A stretch of 62,940 nt of DNA, counting the filler, from Octopus bimaculoides (taxonomy: Eukaryota), in assembly GCF_001194135.2 (NCBI RefSeq). It is 6 parts of 5 records of this genome, joined end to end, with 100 filler letters (N's around TTAATTAATTAA, not from the genome) between each part and the next. Parts side by side here need not be neighbours in the genome. Positions count along the whole stretch, not along the records: positions 1 to 7,666 come from NC_068981.1; positions 7,767 to 15,918 come from NC_068986.1; 4 more parts are not named here. The stretch is one strand, 5' to 3'. Within the stretch, counting starts at the first letter, position 1. Each line of letters starts with the position of its first letter. Below the pieces are notes generated by a model. That model was not told the DNA's origin, made no database searches, and was given only the letters and a program-made list of their open reading frames with translations. Shown piece by piece: positions 1-12,063 of this stretch. The position numbers were made by a program, and so were the translations under genes.

Positions 1-319
1 TGTGTATGCATGCGAGTAGATGTAATCGCCTTACCTCGGTTTTCCTTTCGTCGACTGTGAGTCTGTCTTGCGGTATCCAATCCTTGAAGCTTGCCCTGAC
101 CCAAAGAACACCAGGAATAGCAGCTGCTTCTCCCAAACCTAGACCGTTGCTTAACACGTCTTGTCCTGACCGCAGCCCCGTTCGAAAAGGGCACGAATGC
201 CGATCGAGGCTCCCTCTGCCCTTTTTCCCCTTCCGGTCAACTCGCCCTTCCGGTCAACTCGCCCTTCCGGTCAGCCTCCCCAAACACTGACGTCATACCA
301 CATAAATGAGATTATAACA
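1..319 (-). mobile_element. Possible LTR (U3-like) fragment, cut by the window start
   Basis: GC-rich block. The - strand starts TGTTATAAT (TG start typical of LTRs), followed by TGACGTCA (288-295) and a 17-bp unit CCCTTCCGGTCAACTCG x~3 (228-275). No internal retroelement ORF visible. Confidence 0.35.
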
Positions 320-525
320 CTCTTGCCCCTCTGAATGGGATGTCATTCTGTTACAGGGTTAACTTCCTCAACTATTACTGGAATTCATTTACAATTAAGT
401 GGACAGAAGCATTGTGAAATTAAGTGTTTTGCTCAAGAACACAAGAAGACCACCTCGTTTGGGAATCAAAATCATGATCTTATGATTGTGAATGCAACAT
501 CCTAATCATTATGTCATGCATCTTC
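320..525 (-). mobile_element. Degenerate tRNA-head SINE
   Basis: Reverse complement shows a decayed A/B-box head then GTGTTCTTGAGCAAAACACTT; a related copy lies at ~46340-46560 (+). Confidence 0.5.
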
Positions 526-594
526 ACTCTTTCATTATTGTTGTAGTGTTAACTTTGAAATAAATTTAACTTATTCTTAAAATTTCTTTTGCAG

Positions 595-781
595 TCATTT
601 TGATCATCACCTCGGTATGTACAGCCATTGGAGCATGGGCCTGGTTATGGGATCCTGCCACTGCTCAGATATCATTCATCCAATCTCTGTGGAACCATCC
701 TTTCTTCACCATCAGCTGCATTACACTATTAGCTCTCTTCGTGTATGGTGGTATCCATAAGAGAGTTGTTGCACCATCCAT
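595..781 (+). CDS. CNEP1R1: CNEP1R1/TMEM188 (nuclear envelope phosphatase regulatory subunit 1, Spo7-like), internal coding exon
   Basis: Acceptor ttttgcag at 593-594. Translates [61 protein letters not shown], matching recalled vertebrate CNEP1R1 ([15 protein letters not shown]...[11 protein letters not shown]). Upstream exons lie outside the window. Confidence 0.95.
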
Positions 782-3018
782 GTATCCTTATCAAACTTAT
801 ATCATGTATGTTTTGGCATTCTATGTGATTATTAATCAAGTGTGTATATTGTTAACTAGGTGTGTATAATCAAGTGGTCAACCAATATATTTCTAAACTA
901 TTTTCATATATTTAAATTTTTTGAGTTATTTATAAAAACAATATAAGTTAGTCAAAGAAGGAAGAACAGTGCTCATCACATTTGCTGATCTTATAAAATT
1001 GGTGAAATTGATAGAGGTAATGTTCAGTCTGCAACATCTGTAGGTAAAGATCAGAGGAAGAAGAATTGGGCAAGATGATTAGTACAGAATATGAGAGATA
1101 TGACACAGTAAGGATGATCAATGCATGAAGTGTGGGAGAAAATAACTAGTTCAGAGGATTAGAGGTTATTGTAGTAACAGGCAGCTGTGTGACCTTTTAA
1201 ATGTGGTCTAGGATGTGTGTGTGTGTTGTAATAGCAACACTGTCCTTGATACATCATCATCATCATCATCGTTTAATGTCCGTTTTCCATGCTGGCATGG
1301 AAAATGTATGTAGTATTTTATTTGAGCTTCATAGATGGTCTCCAGCTCTTTGGGGCTGAAGTATTTTCTGGTTCTAGTCTTCAGACTGCATTGTGTGAAA
1401 ATGCCTTGAGAGATCATTGGAGATTATACAGCATAGCATATGTATGAACTTTGAGGGTTTTAAGTGTGTGTTGTTTAGTCACCAGCGAAGAATATATTTG
1501 AAATCTCTGTTGATTCAGGTTATACAATTGTGGCACGAGTAGTCTAGATTATGGATAGATGTCACCAGTTTGCAAAAGATCTACATGGGAGTAGTTGGTG
1601 TTAAAAACAACAAGTAACTTGTTAATGTACAGAAGAAAGAGTGTAGAAGATATAGCTGGGTTTTGGAGTGTACTATAGCTCATAGTGTAGGTTGGAGAGA
1701 GTACAACCCATACGAGTTGCAGTGGAATGATTGGATAGGAAATTTCCAGTCCAAGAGATGAGTTAGATAAAGCATATAATTGGTTAACTTGGTTAAGAGA
1801 TTTTCACGTTAGATGAAACCGAAGACTCTGCTTTATGTCAAAAGCAATAGTTTTCACCAAGGGTACAAAACTATTGATGTGTTGTGTGGTGCAGTAGAAT
1901 GGATCTTTGGGAATTCTGGGTCTAGAAAACTGTACTATTGGTTTATTTAGGTGGAAAAAAGAGACTTGAGGATATTAATGAAGTTGTTGCCTATAATTAT
2001 GCTCATTACATTTCAGATGGTGGAAATGAGGGCAATAGGATGGTAGTCAGCCAGATCTAAGAGATTGATCATGGGAATGGTATACACTGTAGTGTGGTTA
2101 CTTACTTATACTTGTGATGGCATTTACCCAGGGTGGGTTGAGCCAGTTCCGACCAGTGAGTGTGTCACTGGGAATACAAGTTTACATGTGGTCCATGGTC
2201 ACATCCATGCACACTTTGGGATAGTGTGACCTATAGCAACTTATCTTTCCATCAATAGTTGACTGTCGCAAGGGAATTGCTGACTGAGTTACTGCTGATT
2301 ATGGGAGTAGATGTAGCCTGGGTATGAAGTGGGTTCTAGAGACATGGCTTTAACAAGAACTAAGGGGTGTCTCACTCCCAGTGGTCTTTCAGAATGCTGG
2401 ACACCAGCCTAGAATTTCTGAGGGCCTGTGCTGTTGTAGTGTGTTTCCATAGATTAGGACAAACACTTTATAGATAAAGAAAGATTGAAAACTTTAGATG
2501 GGATAGCAACTACATTTAGAGTGCACTATTTGAGTAAAATGGAAAGTAAACTGTTGCTACTAGTTTCCAAAGTAGACTAATGACTTGTAAGAGTTGTTAA
2601 AGTTGTGTACTATGTATGAGCATAATGTAAGCAAGGTTAGAATTGTCAGCAAGTCCAGTGAAAGATGTATCTTCGACTCTTTCTTAAGGTAATAATACAT
2701 AAATATACTGTTATCTCACATTTATGTTTAGCAAACTCTGTTTTCATACCTAAGAGTGAAATGGGGTTTATTATTTAACTTTTGAGTGAACAGATATTGT
2801 TGGAACCTTGCAGCTTCTTAATTACCAAAGATATATTTTTATAGATTACATGTTCTTCATCAAAGTAAAACCTTTTTTTTTTCTTAATTCTACTACATTT
2901 TGTATATGTATACTTCCCTACTATAGAAAATATTACTTCTGATTGAGTTTGTTTTACTGCATGTTATATACTAGCATATGTGTATATATATTTGTTGCCA
3001 TCCTTAACTCTGTCAAAG
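782..3018 (+). other. CNEP1R1: U12-type (minor spliceosome) GT-AG intron of CNEP1R1, phase 2
   Basis: 5' site GTATCCTT at 782; branch motif TCCTTAAC at 3001-3008, 10 nt upstream of the AG at 3017-3018; no polypyrimidine tract; splicing restores the frame (APS-I-VASRC). Confidence 0.92.
940..2700 (-). mobile_element. Heavily degenerate CR1-group non-LTR retrotransposon (RT and C-terminal remnants) inside the U12 intron
   Basis: Minus-strand remnants resemble RT motifs: PIALIST (~2010-2040), IAFDIK (~1833-1850), SSTLFLLYINKL (~1615-1650); many stops; interrupted by an RTE-like tail at ~1250-1300. Confidence 0.55.
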
Positions 3019-3073
3019 TGTTGCTTCTCGATGTCGGCAAGTTCTTTCAGATTATAACATGTCTTGTGATGAT
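3019..3073 (+). CDS. CNEP1R1: CNEP1R1 55-nt coding exon
   Basis: Translates (I)VASRCRQVLSDYNMSCDD (recalled human IAARCRTVLAEYNMSCDD); donor GTAAGT at 3074. Confidence 0.95.
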
Positions 3074-4149
3074 GTAAGTACTTCATTCAAATGTTTTTCT
3101 TTTTTAATGTTGGTATACTTTTCTATCTGTTTATATAACTATGTTAGTCTATTTACCTCTTACAAAGATTTATTTCAATTTTTTAAACAGTAAAAAGACA
3201 AAAATCGATGAAATAAATAGCTACAAATTGCCCCATATACATGTGTGTGTGTATGTATGTATTTACAAATCTACTCCTGTACTTCCTCAATAGTATCTAC
3301 CCTTTTACTCTCTCCTCTACCACCCTCTTGTGACTAAATCTATTCCTTTCAACATACTTTCCCCCTCTCTTATCATTCTGCCTAGAATCATTGTACCCTT
3401 TCTCTTCTATTTTCCTTCAGTTGTTGGGACTCCTCTGGACCTTAATTTTGCAAGTTGCACAGTAACCTTGCTAGTGATGGTGCTCCAAAAACAGCACCCA
3501 GTATTCTCTGTAAAGTTGTTGGTGTTAGGAAGGATATCTAGCTGTAGAAACCCAGTTTAAACAGACACAATCCACTGACACAAATCCTGAAAAACTGTCT
3601 TACCCATGCTAGCATGGAAACAGACACCAAATGATAACGATGATGATGATGTTATCATATCTTGCTATATATTGTATTTGTCCTTGAAATACTTTTCCTA
3701 ACTGCCCCTATGACCTCCCAAAAATCAAAGCACAGCACCTTTCTCTACACCAAACCAGTATAAAATAAAAATCCTTAATCTTATCATCTTAATGTCATAA
3801 ATATTACAGATATTATATTTTACTCTATATAGTGCTGTGGTATGTCACCATTTAATGTCCATTTTCCATGCTGGCATAGGTTGGGCAGTTTGAGAGGAGC
3901 TGGTGAGCTAAAAGACAGCCTCAAACTCCAATGTCTGCTTTGGCATGGTTTCTACCACTAGATGCTCTTCCTAATACCAATCACTATACTAAATGTACTG
4001 GGTGCTTTTATGTGGCACCAGCATCAGTGAGGTCAGTACGGCCCCTCAACAGAGTGGCATGCTGTATTGAGAGAGGTGGCGTTATGCCAGGTGATGAGAG
4101 ATTAAAGTATGAGAGAGGAGCATGAGCAGGTGTTTGTATTGTAAAGTAT

Positions 4150-4540
4150 TAATAATAATAATAATAATAATGAAATTATTGTGTATAGTGCTCAGGTGCA
4201 TGTACCGTACATAGAATTATGTACAAAAGTCAGGAAAGTGAACAGTGTAAGAGTCATGATATACATGTGTATGGAGTAGGAGATGCAGGTAGTTTGTTCC
4301 ATGCTTCAACAACTCTGAGTGTGAAAAAAGGTTTCCGAAAGTCATGGGAGCTGTGCTGTTTTCTGACCTTGGAGGAATGCCCACTTGTGTTAGACACATG
4401 GAGCTCAAAAAGGTGTTCAAGGTGGTTGCTAGCACGATGGTTAATAATTTTGTGGGCGTTTACTCAGTCAGTTGCCAGGCGTCGGAGCTTCAATGTATCT
4501 ATGCCCAGGGAAGTATTAGAGTATCTTTGCATGCACTGAA
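4150..4540 (-). mobile_element. CR1 LINE 3' end with simple-repeat tail, intronic
   Basis: Minus strand gives TLKLRRLATD...GHSSKVRKQHSSHDFRKPFFTLRVVEAWNKLP, the typical CR1 C-terminus, then a (TTA)n tail at ~4150-4172. Confidence 0.75.
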
Positions 4541-4830
4541 GATAAGTTTACAAAGTTGACTTATTGTGAGTTTTTTATTTTTTTCCTGCATAGTATTTCC
4601 CGTGGTGTGTGGGTGGGTGTGCATATATGCTTACACTATGATGAAGACCAAATATTAATGTCCAGTATTTTTTTGAAATAGCACTCCATATTATACAAAC
4701 ATATACAACATATTTATATTTAATGTGTATTATTTGTCTGCTTTACTTTAAATTGCTAAGTATTCTTCTCAATAAACATTTATTTTTTAATGAATTACTG
4801 TAACCAATTTTTTCCTTTCTGATTTTTTAG

Positions 4831-4872
4831 ACAGGAAAGCTGATTCTATTAAAACCAAGACCTTCGATATGA
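4831..4872 (+). CDS. CNEP1R1: CNEP1R1 terminal coding exon
   Basis: Acceptor ttttttag at 4829-4830; TGKLILLKPRPSI* (recalled human TGKLILKPRPHVQ*); TGA at 4870-4872; phase 0 fits the previous exon. Confidence 0.93.
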   Translation, partial: TGKLILLKPRPSI

Positions 4873-5757
4873 CACATGGAGATTTAGAAAATTTTAAACT
4901 TTTAATGGCCAATTTCATTGCTACTGGATTTTTTATTCTGAAATCCTGAATGATTTTGTCATAATATATTTTTATATATACATACACACACACATACATA
5001 CATATCACACACACACATACATACATATCACACACACACATACATACATATCACACACACACACAATATACATACACATACACGTGTAATATACACACAT
5101 ACACACATGTAATATACACTCACATACATATATACACAAGTGTATTTATATATATATGTGTTATACACAACATAGGTAAATGCTGTATTCTTTTGTATAA
5201 AGCCCCAGAGTGCATAATATACACTCACAAAATGTTAAGAGTATATGTGTATGTATGTATGCATGCAAGAAATGTAGGTATGTATGTATGCATGCATGAA
5301 TGTAGGTATGTATGCATGCATGCATGTATATATATATATATATATATATATGCATATGTGTATGTATATGCATATTGTTTATATACATATGTATGTGACT
5401 GTATATATATGTGTGTGTGTGTGTATACACATATGTATGTGTGTGTATTTAATGTGCAGGGTTACAGTCCCAGATTATAACATTCCATTTCTTAGAGTTT
5501 CATGTCTTTGATCTGGGCTATTCTTGTGACAGTGCTAGCTGATAGAACAGATACTTTCTCAGACAGTGAAAAAAAATCTTTTCTATCAGCTAGCATTGTC
5601 TGAAAAATGTGCAAGGTTGAAGGCACGAAACTGTATGATTGTAACTAAAAGAGTGTTGTATCTAGAATTGTAATTCTGTACATTAAATATATATTTTACC
5701 TAGGTGTTAAAAAGTCTTTTTTTACTTTGTCCCTGTTTTATTATGTCCATGATCTCA

Positions 5758-5792
<35 letters not shown>

Positions 5793-5979
5793 CACTAAAT
5801 TGAATTGGGCACTATATAAATATGAATCCAAGATAGAAGAAACTATGCACTGAATTACTCATGTGGGTGGTTCTTTCCATATTACACTCAATGCTTATAA
5901 AGTGTCTAATTCAATTTCATGCTTATAACTGACAATCTTAACCATTTTACATTACACACACAAATGCAGGGCGATTTTC

Positions 5980-6209
5980 TTAAAGGTTATTAACTATTTA
6001 GAAAAATTCCTTGAAAAGCAGAAAGGCACAAACCTTTTTAACTGAAGTTTTAGTATTGTGCGCGAGTGCTTTCATTTTTCAGTTTTCCAAACACGTTTGA
6101 AAAATTGAACAATAGAAGCACTTACGCAACAATCTGGATACTTCATTCCAAAAGGTTTGTGCTGTTCTGTTTTTCTCAGAATTATTCTAAAATAATTAAT
6201 AACCTTTAA
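5980..6209. repeat. MITE-like long imperfect inverted repeat downstream of the CNEP1R1 stop
   Basis: Arms of ~60 bp at 5980-6038 and 6150-6209 (TTAAAGGTTATTAA...GCACAAACCTTTT and its reverse complement). Confidence 0.65.
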
Positions 6210-7666
6210 TCTTTCTTTAAATATTGTGACTATTATTGAGTAGTGTTTGCAAAAATTTGTTTTCGCGTGTGTGTGTGTGTATTTGAAAGTGCTATTTTAT
6301 GAGATAGTAAGTATTTATTAAATTATTTGTTTATACACTATAGTATGTTTCATACTCTGGATATTGCCAAATGCATACAAAATTATTATGATGTTTGGTT
6401 ATTAGCAGTAAAAAGTAAGTTTGAGAATTTCCTAGTAATTAAGGTGCAGTTATTTTTTTTATAGTTATAAATTTCAAATAAAGAGTTCACTTCCATCTAC
6501 AATGTCAGAATTTTGAAAAGTTTTGTTTAGAAGAAAGAACATATAGAAAAACTGAAGTCTTTCTTACATGGTATACACCTAATTGTATGATAAATAGATT
6601 TCAAAAAGTTACTTTGAATAGGAGGGAGAACATACTAAGAGAAATAGTTTAGGCTAACAGAGAGAAAGTAAGAGAGTTGCCTCAGTCTTGGATTGCAAAA
6701 GAGATAGGGGAAAAAGATTGACAGCAGCAGGTATATATGTTGTTTCAACCATGAGAGAGAGAGAGAAAAGAATAAGAATGACTGTGTTTTTTAGTCATGT
6801 ATCAAGTGGCTAATTTATCATTAAATGACAGGGGAGCAAAATGTATTGTTTATACAAGGCATATAGATTCCAGTAAATGAATTTCTGATGAATTGTATTT
6901 AGTTATTTATCTATGTTTTGTGTATTTAAGAGTTCAGATCAGTAGAGTGATTGAGAAAAATCTTGAAGGAGAAGCTGAGCGGAGAGTAGGTGGTGAAGTG
7001 TTCATGATATAATGAGTGAGAGAAAGGCAGGGAAATCTAAAATCTGGTTTCAAATGTAGATGCTAGTTGATTAAATATAATGAAAATAAAAGTGGAGTTT
7101 TAGGGGAAAAGGAAAGTATTTCAATTCTGATCACATCTAATGTTTGGCAAGTACGATTCCAAAATTTGCCAAGAGAATTCAGATGAAAAGGAAAATAATT
7201 TTTTAGGTTGAATATTTTAAACAAAAAAATTGTTGACTCATTTTCTGTTAGCTAATTAAAATAATTTGGTTTTAAGTTTTAGTAATCTTGTTGAACCCTT
7301 TCACTTTCAAAATGTCCTTGACTTCTGGTATTAAACAAAACCAAAGTAACATATTAAACTGAGTTATGGAGAATAAATTAAGTCCTTATAAAAGCAAAGA
7401 TAATGTCCTCAAATAACAACAGCTCTTGGTCCAAAACATTGAGATTTAGTTAATTGTTAATATTGACATAATATTTGTCATGTTAGTTGTTTTACATATC
7501 TCACAGACTTCTTGATGAGTAATTTAGAAAGGTGTCATAGATACCACAGTATTTGTTGATTGAAATTAAGCAGTAAAATATAATAACGTGATTTATATTT
7601 GGAAACAAAATATAAATAGCTGCAATAACCAAATATCTGAATGTAGTTTCATATTGTTTTAGTTAG

Positions 7667-7766
7667 NNNNNNNNNNNNNNNNNNNNNNNNNNNNNNNNNN
7701 NNNNNNNNNNTTAATTAATTAANNNNNNNNNNNNNNNNNNNNNNNNNNNNNNNNNNNNNNNNNNNN
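7667..7766. other. Assembly gap with synthetic TTAATTAATTAA linker (also 15919-16018, 45873-45972, 51648-51747, 59879-59978)
   Basis: Identical N44-TTAATTAATTAA-N44 (100 nt) layout five times; the 12-mer has stops in all six frames. Confidence 0.9.
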
Positions 7767-7786
7767 ATATATATATATATATACAT

Positions 7787-7936
7787 ACGACGGGCTTCTT
7801 TCAGTTTCCGTCTATCAAATCCACTCACAAGGCTTTGGTCAGCCAGAGGCTATAGTAGAAGGTGCCACGCAGTGGGACTGAACCCGGAACCATGTGCTTC
7901 GTAAGCAAGCTACTTACCACACAGCCACTCCTACGG
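7787..7936 (-). mobile_element. tRNA-head SINE family A, 5' half
   Basis: Reverse complement of the GGAGTGGCTGTGTGGTAAG...GGTTCAGTCCCACTGCGTGGCACC head that recurs more than 15 times in the window. Confidence 0.85.
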
Positions 7937-8624
7937 CTATACATTCATCTGACAAATTACCATAATGAAAACAATGGAAGAAAAATACCGATGAATTTAC
8001 GTCTGGACAGTCATCAAACTTCAACAGGTGCATTGAACAGAGGCATTGACGAGTGACCATGAGATCTGGGAAGCTAGAGATGTTTCTAAGAGCGCAATGA
8101 CAGCATTGAAAAAGAACGATATGGGACTATCTCTTGTTACTGTTAGGATGGTTGAAAATTTTTCGTGTATGTAACTTTAGTACGCAAAACTAATATTGAT
8201 AAAACGCGTATGTGAAGGAAGTTCTGCAAAGAAGTAAGCAATGATGAAGTAAGCGAATAAGACCAAAACGTTGAACAAATGTGAACGAGTTATGCAGCAA
8301 CAGGCTGGAGCTTTGGTCGTTATCATTTAGTTTGACGAATATACCAGCGCAATCAGTCATAATGCAATGACGGTAATATGATAAGAGATATCCATTATCT
8401 TTTATGAGTTCGTAGCACTCCACTATGTGATATTTGATGCTGAGGAGGAAATAACCACTTCAAAATGCATGCATTCATCAGTTTGGTAAAAGGGAACTTC
8501 AGAATGATTTGATGTGTTTATACTTATTTGTCTTCTGCGGGAAATTTTCTCCCTGACTAAACATAGTGAATGACTTTCTTACGAGTTCAAAGAAGCCCCA
8601 AACATATTTGAACTGATAACATGT

Positions 8625-8673
<49 letters not shown>

Positions 8674-9682
8674 CTTTTTTGTGTATGTATGTAATTTATA
8701 TGTATGTANNNNNNNNNNNNNNNNNNNNNNNNNNNNNNNNNNNNNNNNNNNNNNNNNNNNNNNNNNNNNNNNNNNNNNNNNNNNNNNNNNNNNNNNNNNN
8801 NNNNNNNNNNNNNNNNNNNNNNNNNNNNNNNNNNNNNNNNNNNNNNNNNNNNNNNNNNNNNNNNNNNNNNNNNNNNNNNNNNNNNNNNNNNNNNNNNNNN
8901 NNNNNNNNNNNNNNNNNNNNNNNNNNNNNNNNNNNNNNNNNNNNNNNNNNNNNNNNNNNNNNNNNNNNNNNNNNNNNNNNNNNNNNNNNNNNNNNNNNNN
9001 NNNNNNNNNNNNNNNNNNNNNNNNNNNNNNNNNNNNNNNNNNNNNNNNNNNNNNNNNNNNNNNNNNNNNNNNNNNNNNNNNNNNNNNNNNNNNNNNNNNA
9101 TATATATATATATATATATACATACTGATATATAGAGAAGTACAATGGTGTATTAAAAACCAGTAGATAAATATTCTTAATTTGTTGTAATTATTTGTAA
9201 ACATGAAAAGAGAATATACAAATTTACTCATATAATTTGCATAAATGAAATTGAAATAAGATACGAGAAATAACTGTAAGTGGCGAATGACCTACACTAT
9301 AAAGGTTTTCTACACAGTTTTCCTTTTTCTTTTTTTTTTTTAATCTCTTTTTTGTCTCCAGGCAAAACAGACTATCGTTCTTTAAGACTACAACATTTCC
9401 TTCTTGGCAGTTGTTTTCGCTTTTTCAACGATTAGAGAATATTTGACCTTGCTTTCCTGTGTTTTGTTTTTCTCCTGTTTCTCATCATGTGCAGGCGATG
9501 TTCCTGACAACTTTTAATTATATCCTCTATGCTTCCGGCCTGTATAGTATGGTGAATAGTACAATTGTTTGGTGCGTTCAAACCATCTAGTTGTGAACCG
9601 TATTTTCATTGAGAATTAAAATAGAATGTTTCAGATTATTTGCTGAAATTAATTCTAGCCAATACTTTATGCACAATTAATA

Positions 9683-9892
9683 GAGCGAGTTGGTAAAATC
9701 ATTAACGCGCCGGGCAAAATGCTTAGCGGTATTTCGTCCGTCTTTACGTTCTGAGTTCAAATTCCACCGAAATCGACTTTGCCTTTCATCCTTTCGGGGT
9801 CGATAAAATAAGTACCATGTGAATGCTGGGTTGATATAATCCACTTACACTTTTCCTAAAAAATTGCTGGCCTTGTGCCAAAATTTGAAACT
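9683..9892 (+). mobile_element. SINE family B copy
   Basis: Head ...GGGCAAAATGCTTAGCGGTATTTCGTC...GAGTTCAAATTCC and core GACTTTGCCTTTCATCCTTTCGGGGTCGATAAA; related copies at ~16128, ~21235, ~22590-22890, ~44570-44760, ~46775, ~52985. Confidence 0.8.
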
Positions 9893-10034
9893 AATATTTT
9901 ATATAGAAGTAAATTAACTGGCAATTATATATGTTGATGTATGTGTGTGTTCGCGTTCTTGTCCCGAACCAGCTGCATTAACCACTTCATCATCGAGATG
10001 GACTTGGTTGTGTTGTTACCTTACGCATCATTAG

Positions 10035-10336
10035 CCCATTACCTCCCATAATTCTATTAACTGAAATTTTTTATGAAACTTTGATTTCTAGCATAAAAAA
10101 GCCTTAGAAACACGCTGGAATGATCAAAATAACATTTCAAAATAACATTTCAAAATAACATTTTAAATAGAAATAAGCGAGATATTGGGTGAAAAATTAG
10201 CAAACATCATTTGAATATCAGAGAAATGTACCTAGTAGATATAGTAAAAAGGTTAGATATGTGTAAATATTGACAGATAATTACGAAATTTGGAATTTTT
10301 AAGTGATCTCATATGAGATCACTGGTAGGTAATGGG
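10035..10336. mobile_element. TTAA-type (piggyBac-like) MITE
   Basis: 10-bp TIR CCCATTACCT / AGGTAATGGG, flanked by TTAG (10031-34) and TTAA (10337-40); internal 12-bp tandem x3 and a 22-bp palindrome. Confidence 0.65.
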
Positions 10337-10718
10337 TTAAACTAATCAACATTACCGGTTTTACTTCCCAGATAAAGTGTCGGGAATCTTTCATAAGGAC
10401 AGACTCCTATGCTTCATTAATGATATGCTAAGTTTATGCCAATTAGATCTTGTCAAGATTTGACTAATAAAAAGTTTATTCTGTCGAATATTAACATCGA
10501 AGTCAAACTTTGTGTCTCTACTATAAACAGCATTTATTAAACTGTGGATACCCTCTGCATTATTGTTAACAAAAGCGCAATTGTCATTAATCAATATTTC
10601 CTTAAAATATATTAGCACTTGCTCATAACTTAAGTGAGGGCGGGGAAGGACACTACAACCAAGAAAAATTTATGTATCTGTGTATATGTATTTACTACGT
10701 ACGTATGGCTGGACGGAC

Positions 10719-10782
10719 GGATGGATGGATGGATGGATGGATGGATGGATGGATGGATGGATGGATGGATGGATGGATGGAT
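10719..10782. repeat. (TGGA)n microsatellite
   Basis: Direct reading. Confidence 0.95.
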
Positions 10783-11685
10783 AATATTAGTCAAATAATT
10801 CGCAGACTCTGATTCAAGATTTGTTTTCATTTGTTGGTGCATTGAACACAAGATCTTGCTGGATATTGTCTATCACTTTATACTATATTCTATGTTTAAA
10901 TTTGTTAATAGAAGTGCACCTCCTAACAATGATGCTGCGTAAAGTTTAAAATTATTTCGGGGCGTATTTTGAAGTACTAATTTCAAAAATGCTGTAAGTT
11001 TGAACTTCGAATGTAAAAAATTAATGGCCTACTATTTTCAAACAAGATTATCAACAACTTCGAAGCTGTTGATGTAGCACCTATTAAAATAATTTCATAT
11101 TACTAAATCAGTTCATATCAGTACGAGAATCCGTTTTGGCTTTTTTAAGTTTTGCCTAGGTTTACGAAAATTTAAAACGAGTATTTTTTATGGTGTATAA
11201 ATAAGAGCGATTATAAAAGATCCAACCTTTGTAGATCTCATTGGCACCATTGTGTCCAGGGCATGCTATTCGTTTCATGCAATTCTTTAAGTCATTCGTC
11301 TCAGACATTAGAGCAATTGTTCTCAACCATTTGTTACCTATGGACCGCTTTCATTACTAGTTTACACTTGTGCACCCCCATAGCCATACGATGTTTAAAA
11401 CCAAGTTTTATAGATACTTCTTTTAACATTCCTATTTTTTATCACCCATTTACTTCTATAGGTTGATCTATGTAAAACGGTAGAGAAAGAACTCTTGCTT
11501 TTTCTTGCTATAAATGTATCTCAAACTTTTTTCATGGATCCTTAAATAATACTGGATGGATCTTTAAATACTGCTGTCGGTACCCAAATTACTATTTTGC
11601 TCACGTGAACCCGCCCGAAATCTTATATGGAACGGCAGGCGTCATATAGACCGAAAATGAAAACCACTGCATTAGACAGTATCGT

Positions 11686-12063
11686 GGCACTTCATCGATT
11701 ACGACAACGAGGGTTCCAGTTGATCCCATTAGCCGAACAGCCTGCTCGTGAAATTAATGAGCAAGTGGCTGAGTACGCCACAAACATGTGGGCCCTTAAC
11801 GTAGTTCTCGGGGAGATTCAGCGTGGCACAGAGTGTGACAAGGCTGACCCTTTGAAATACAGGTACAACAGAAACAGGAAGAAAGAGTGAGAGAAAGTTG
11901 CAGGGAAAGAGTACAGCAAGGTTCGCTACCACCCCCTACCGGAGCCTCGTGGAGCTTTAGGTGATTTCTCTCAATAAACATTGACAACGCCTGGTCTAGG
12001 AATACGAAACCACGATCCTACTGCCGTGAACCCGCTGCACTAAGCATGGGCCATTGCGCCTCC
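11686..12063 (-). mobile_element. tRNA-head SINE family C, near full length
   Basis: Minus strand starts GGAGGCGCAATGGCCC...GGTTTCGTATTCC (A- and B-box-like), then a ~300-bp GC-richer body. Accounts for the ORFs at 11627-11987. Confidence 0.7.

Noticed and set aside
600-869. ORF 600-869 as a stand-alone membrane protein gene
   Set aside because: It is a CNEP1R1 exon plus read-through into the U12 intron.
6560-7260. Possible very old Tc1-like remnant
   Set aside because: Only a faint SDE-like motif; no TIRs or continuous frame could be established by eye.
7711-7722. Recurrent TTAATTAATTAA motif (5 copies) as a biological element
   Set aside because: Always centred in an exact 100-nt N44-12-N44 block; a scaffolding linker artefact.
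7787-7936. SINE heads as true tRNA genes
   Set aside because: A/B-box-like motifs are present, but there is no complete cloverleaf and they continue into multicopy SINE bodies.
8587-9231. Long ORFs made of YIYI/CVCV/X runs (also ~19.3-19.9, 27.4, 47.5, 50.8-51.7, 54.3-55.6 kb)
   Set aside because: Translations of microsatellites and N gaps.
11627-11890. 87-aa ORF with plausible composition
   Set aside because: Antisense reading of the family C SINE.
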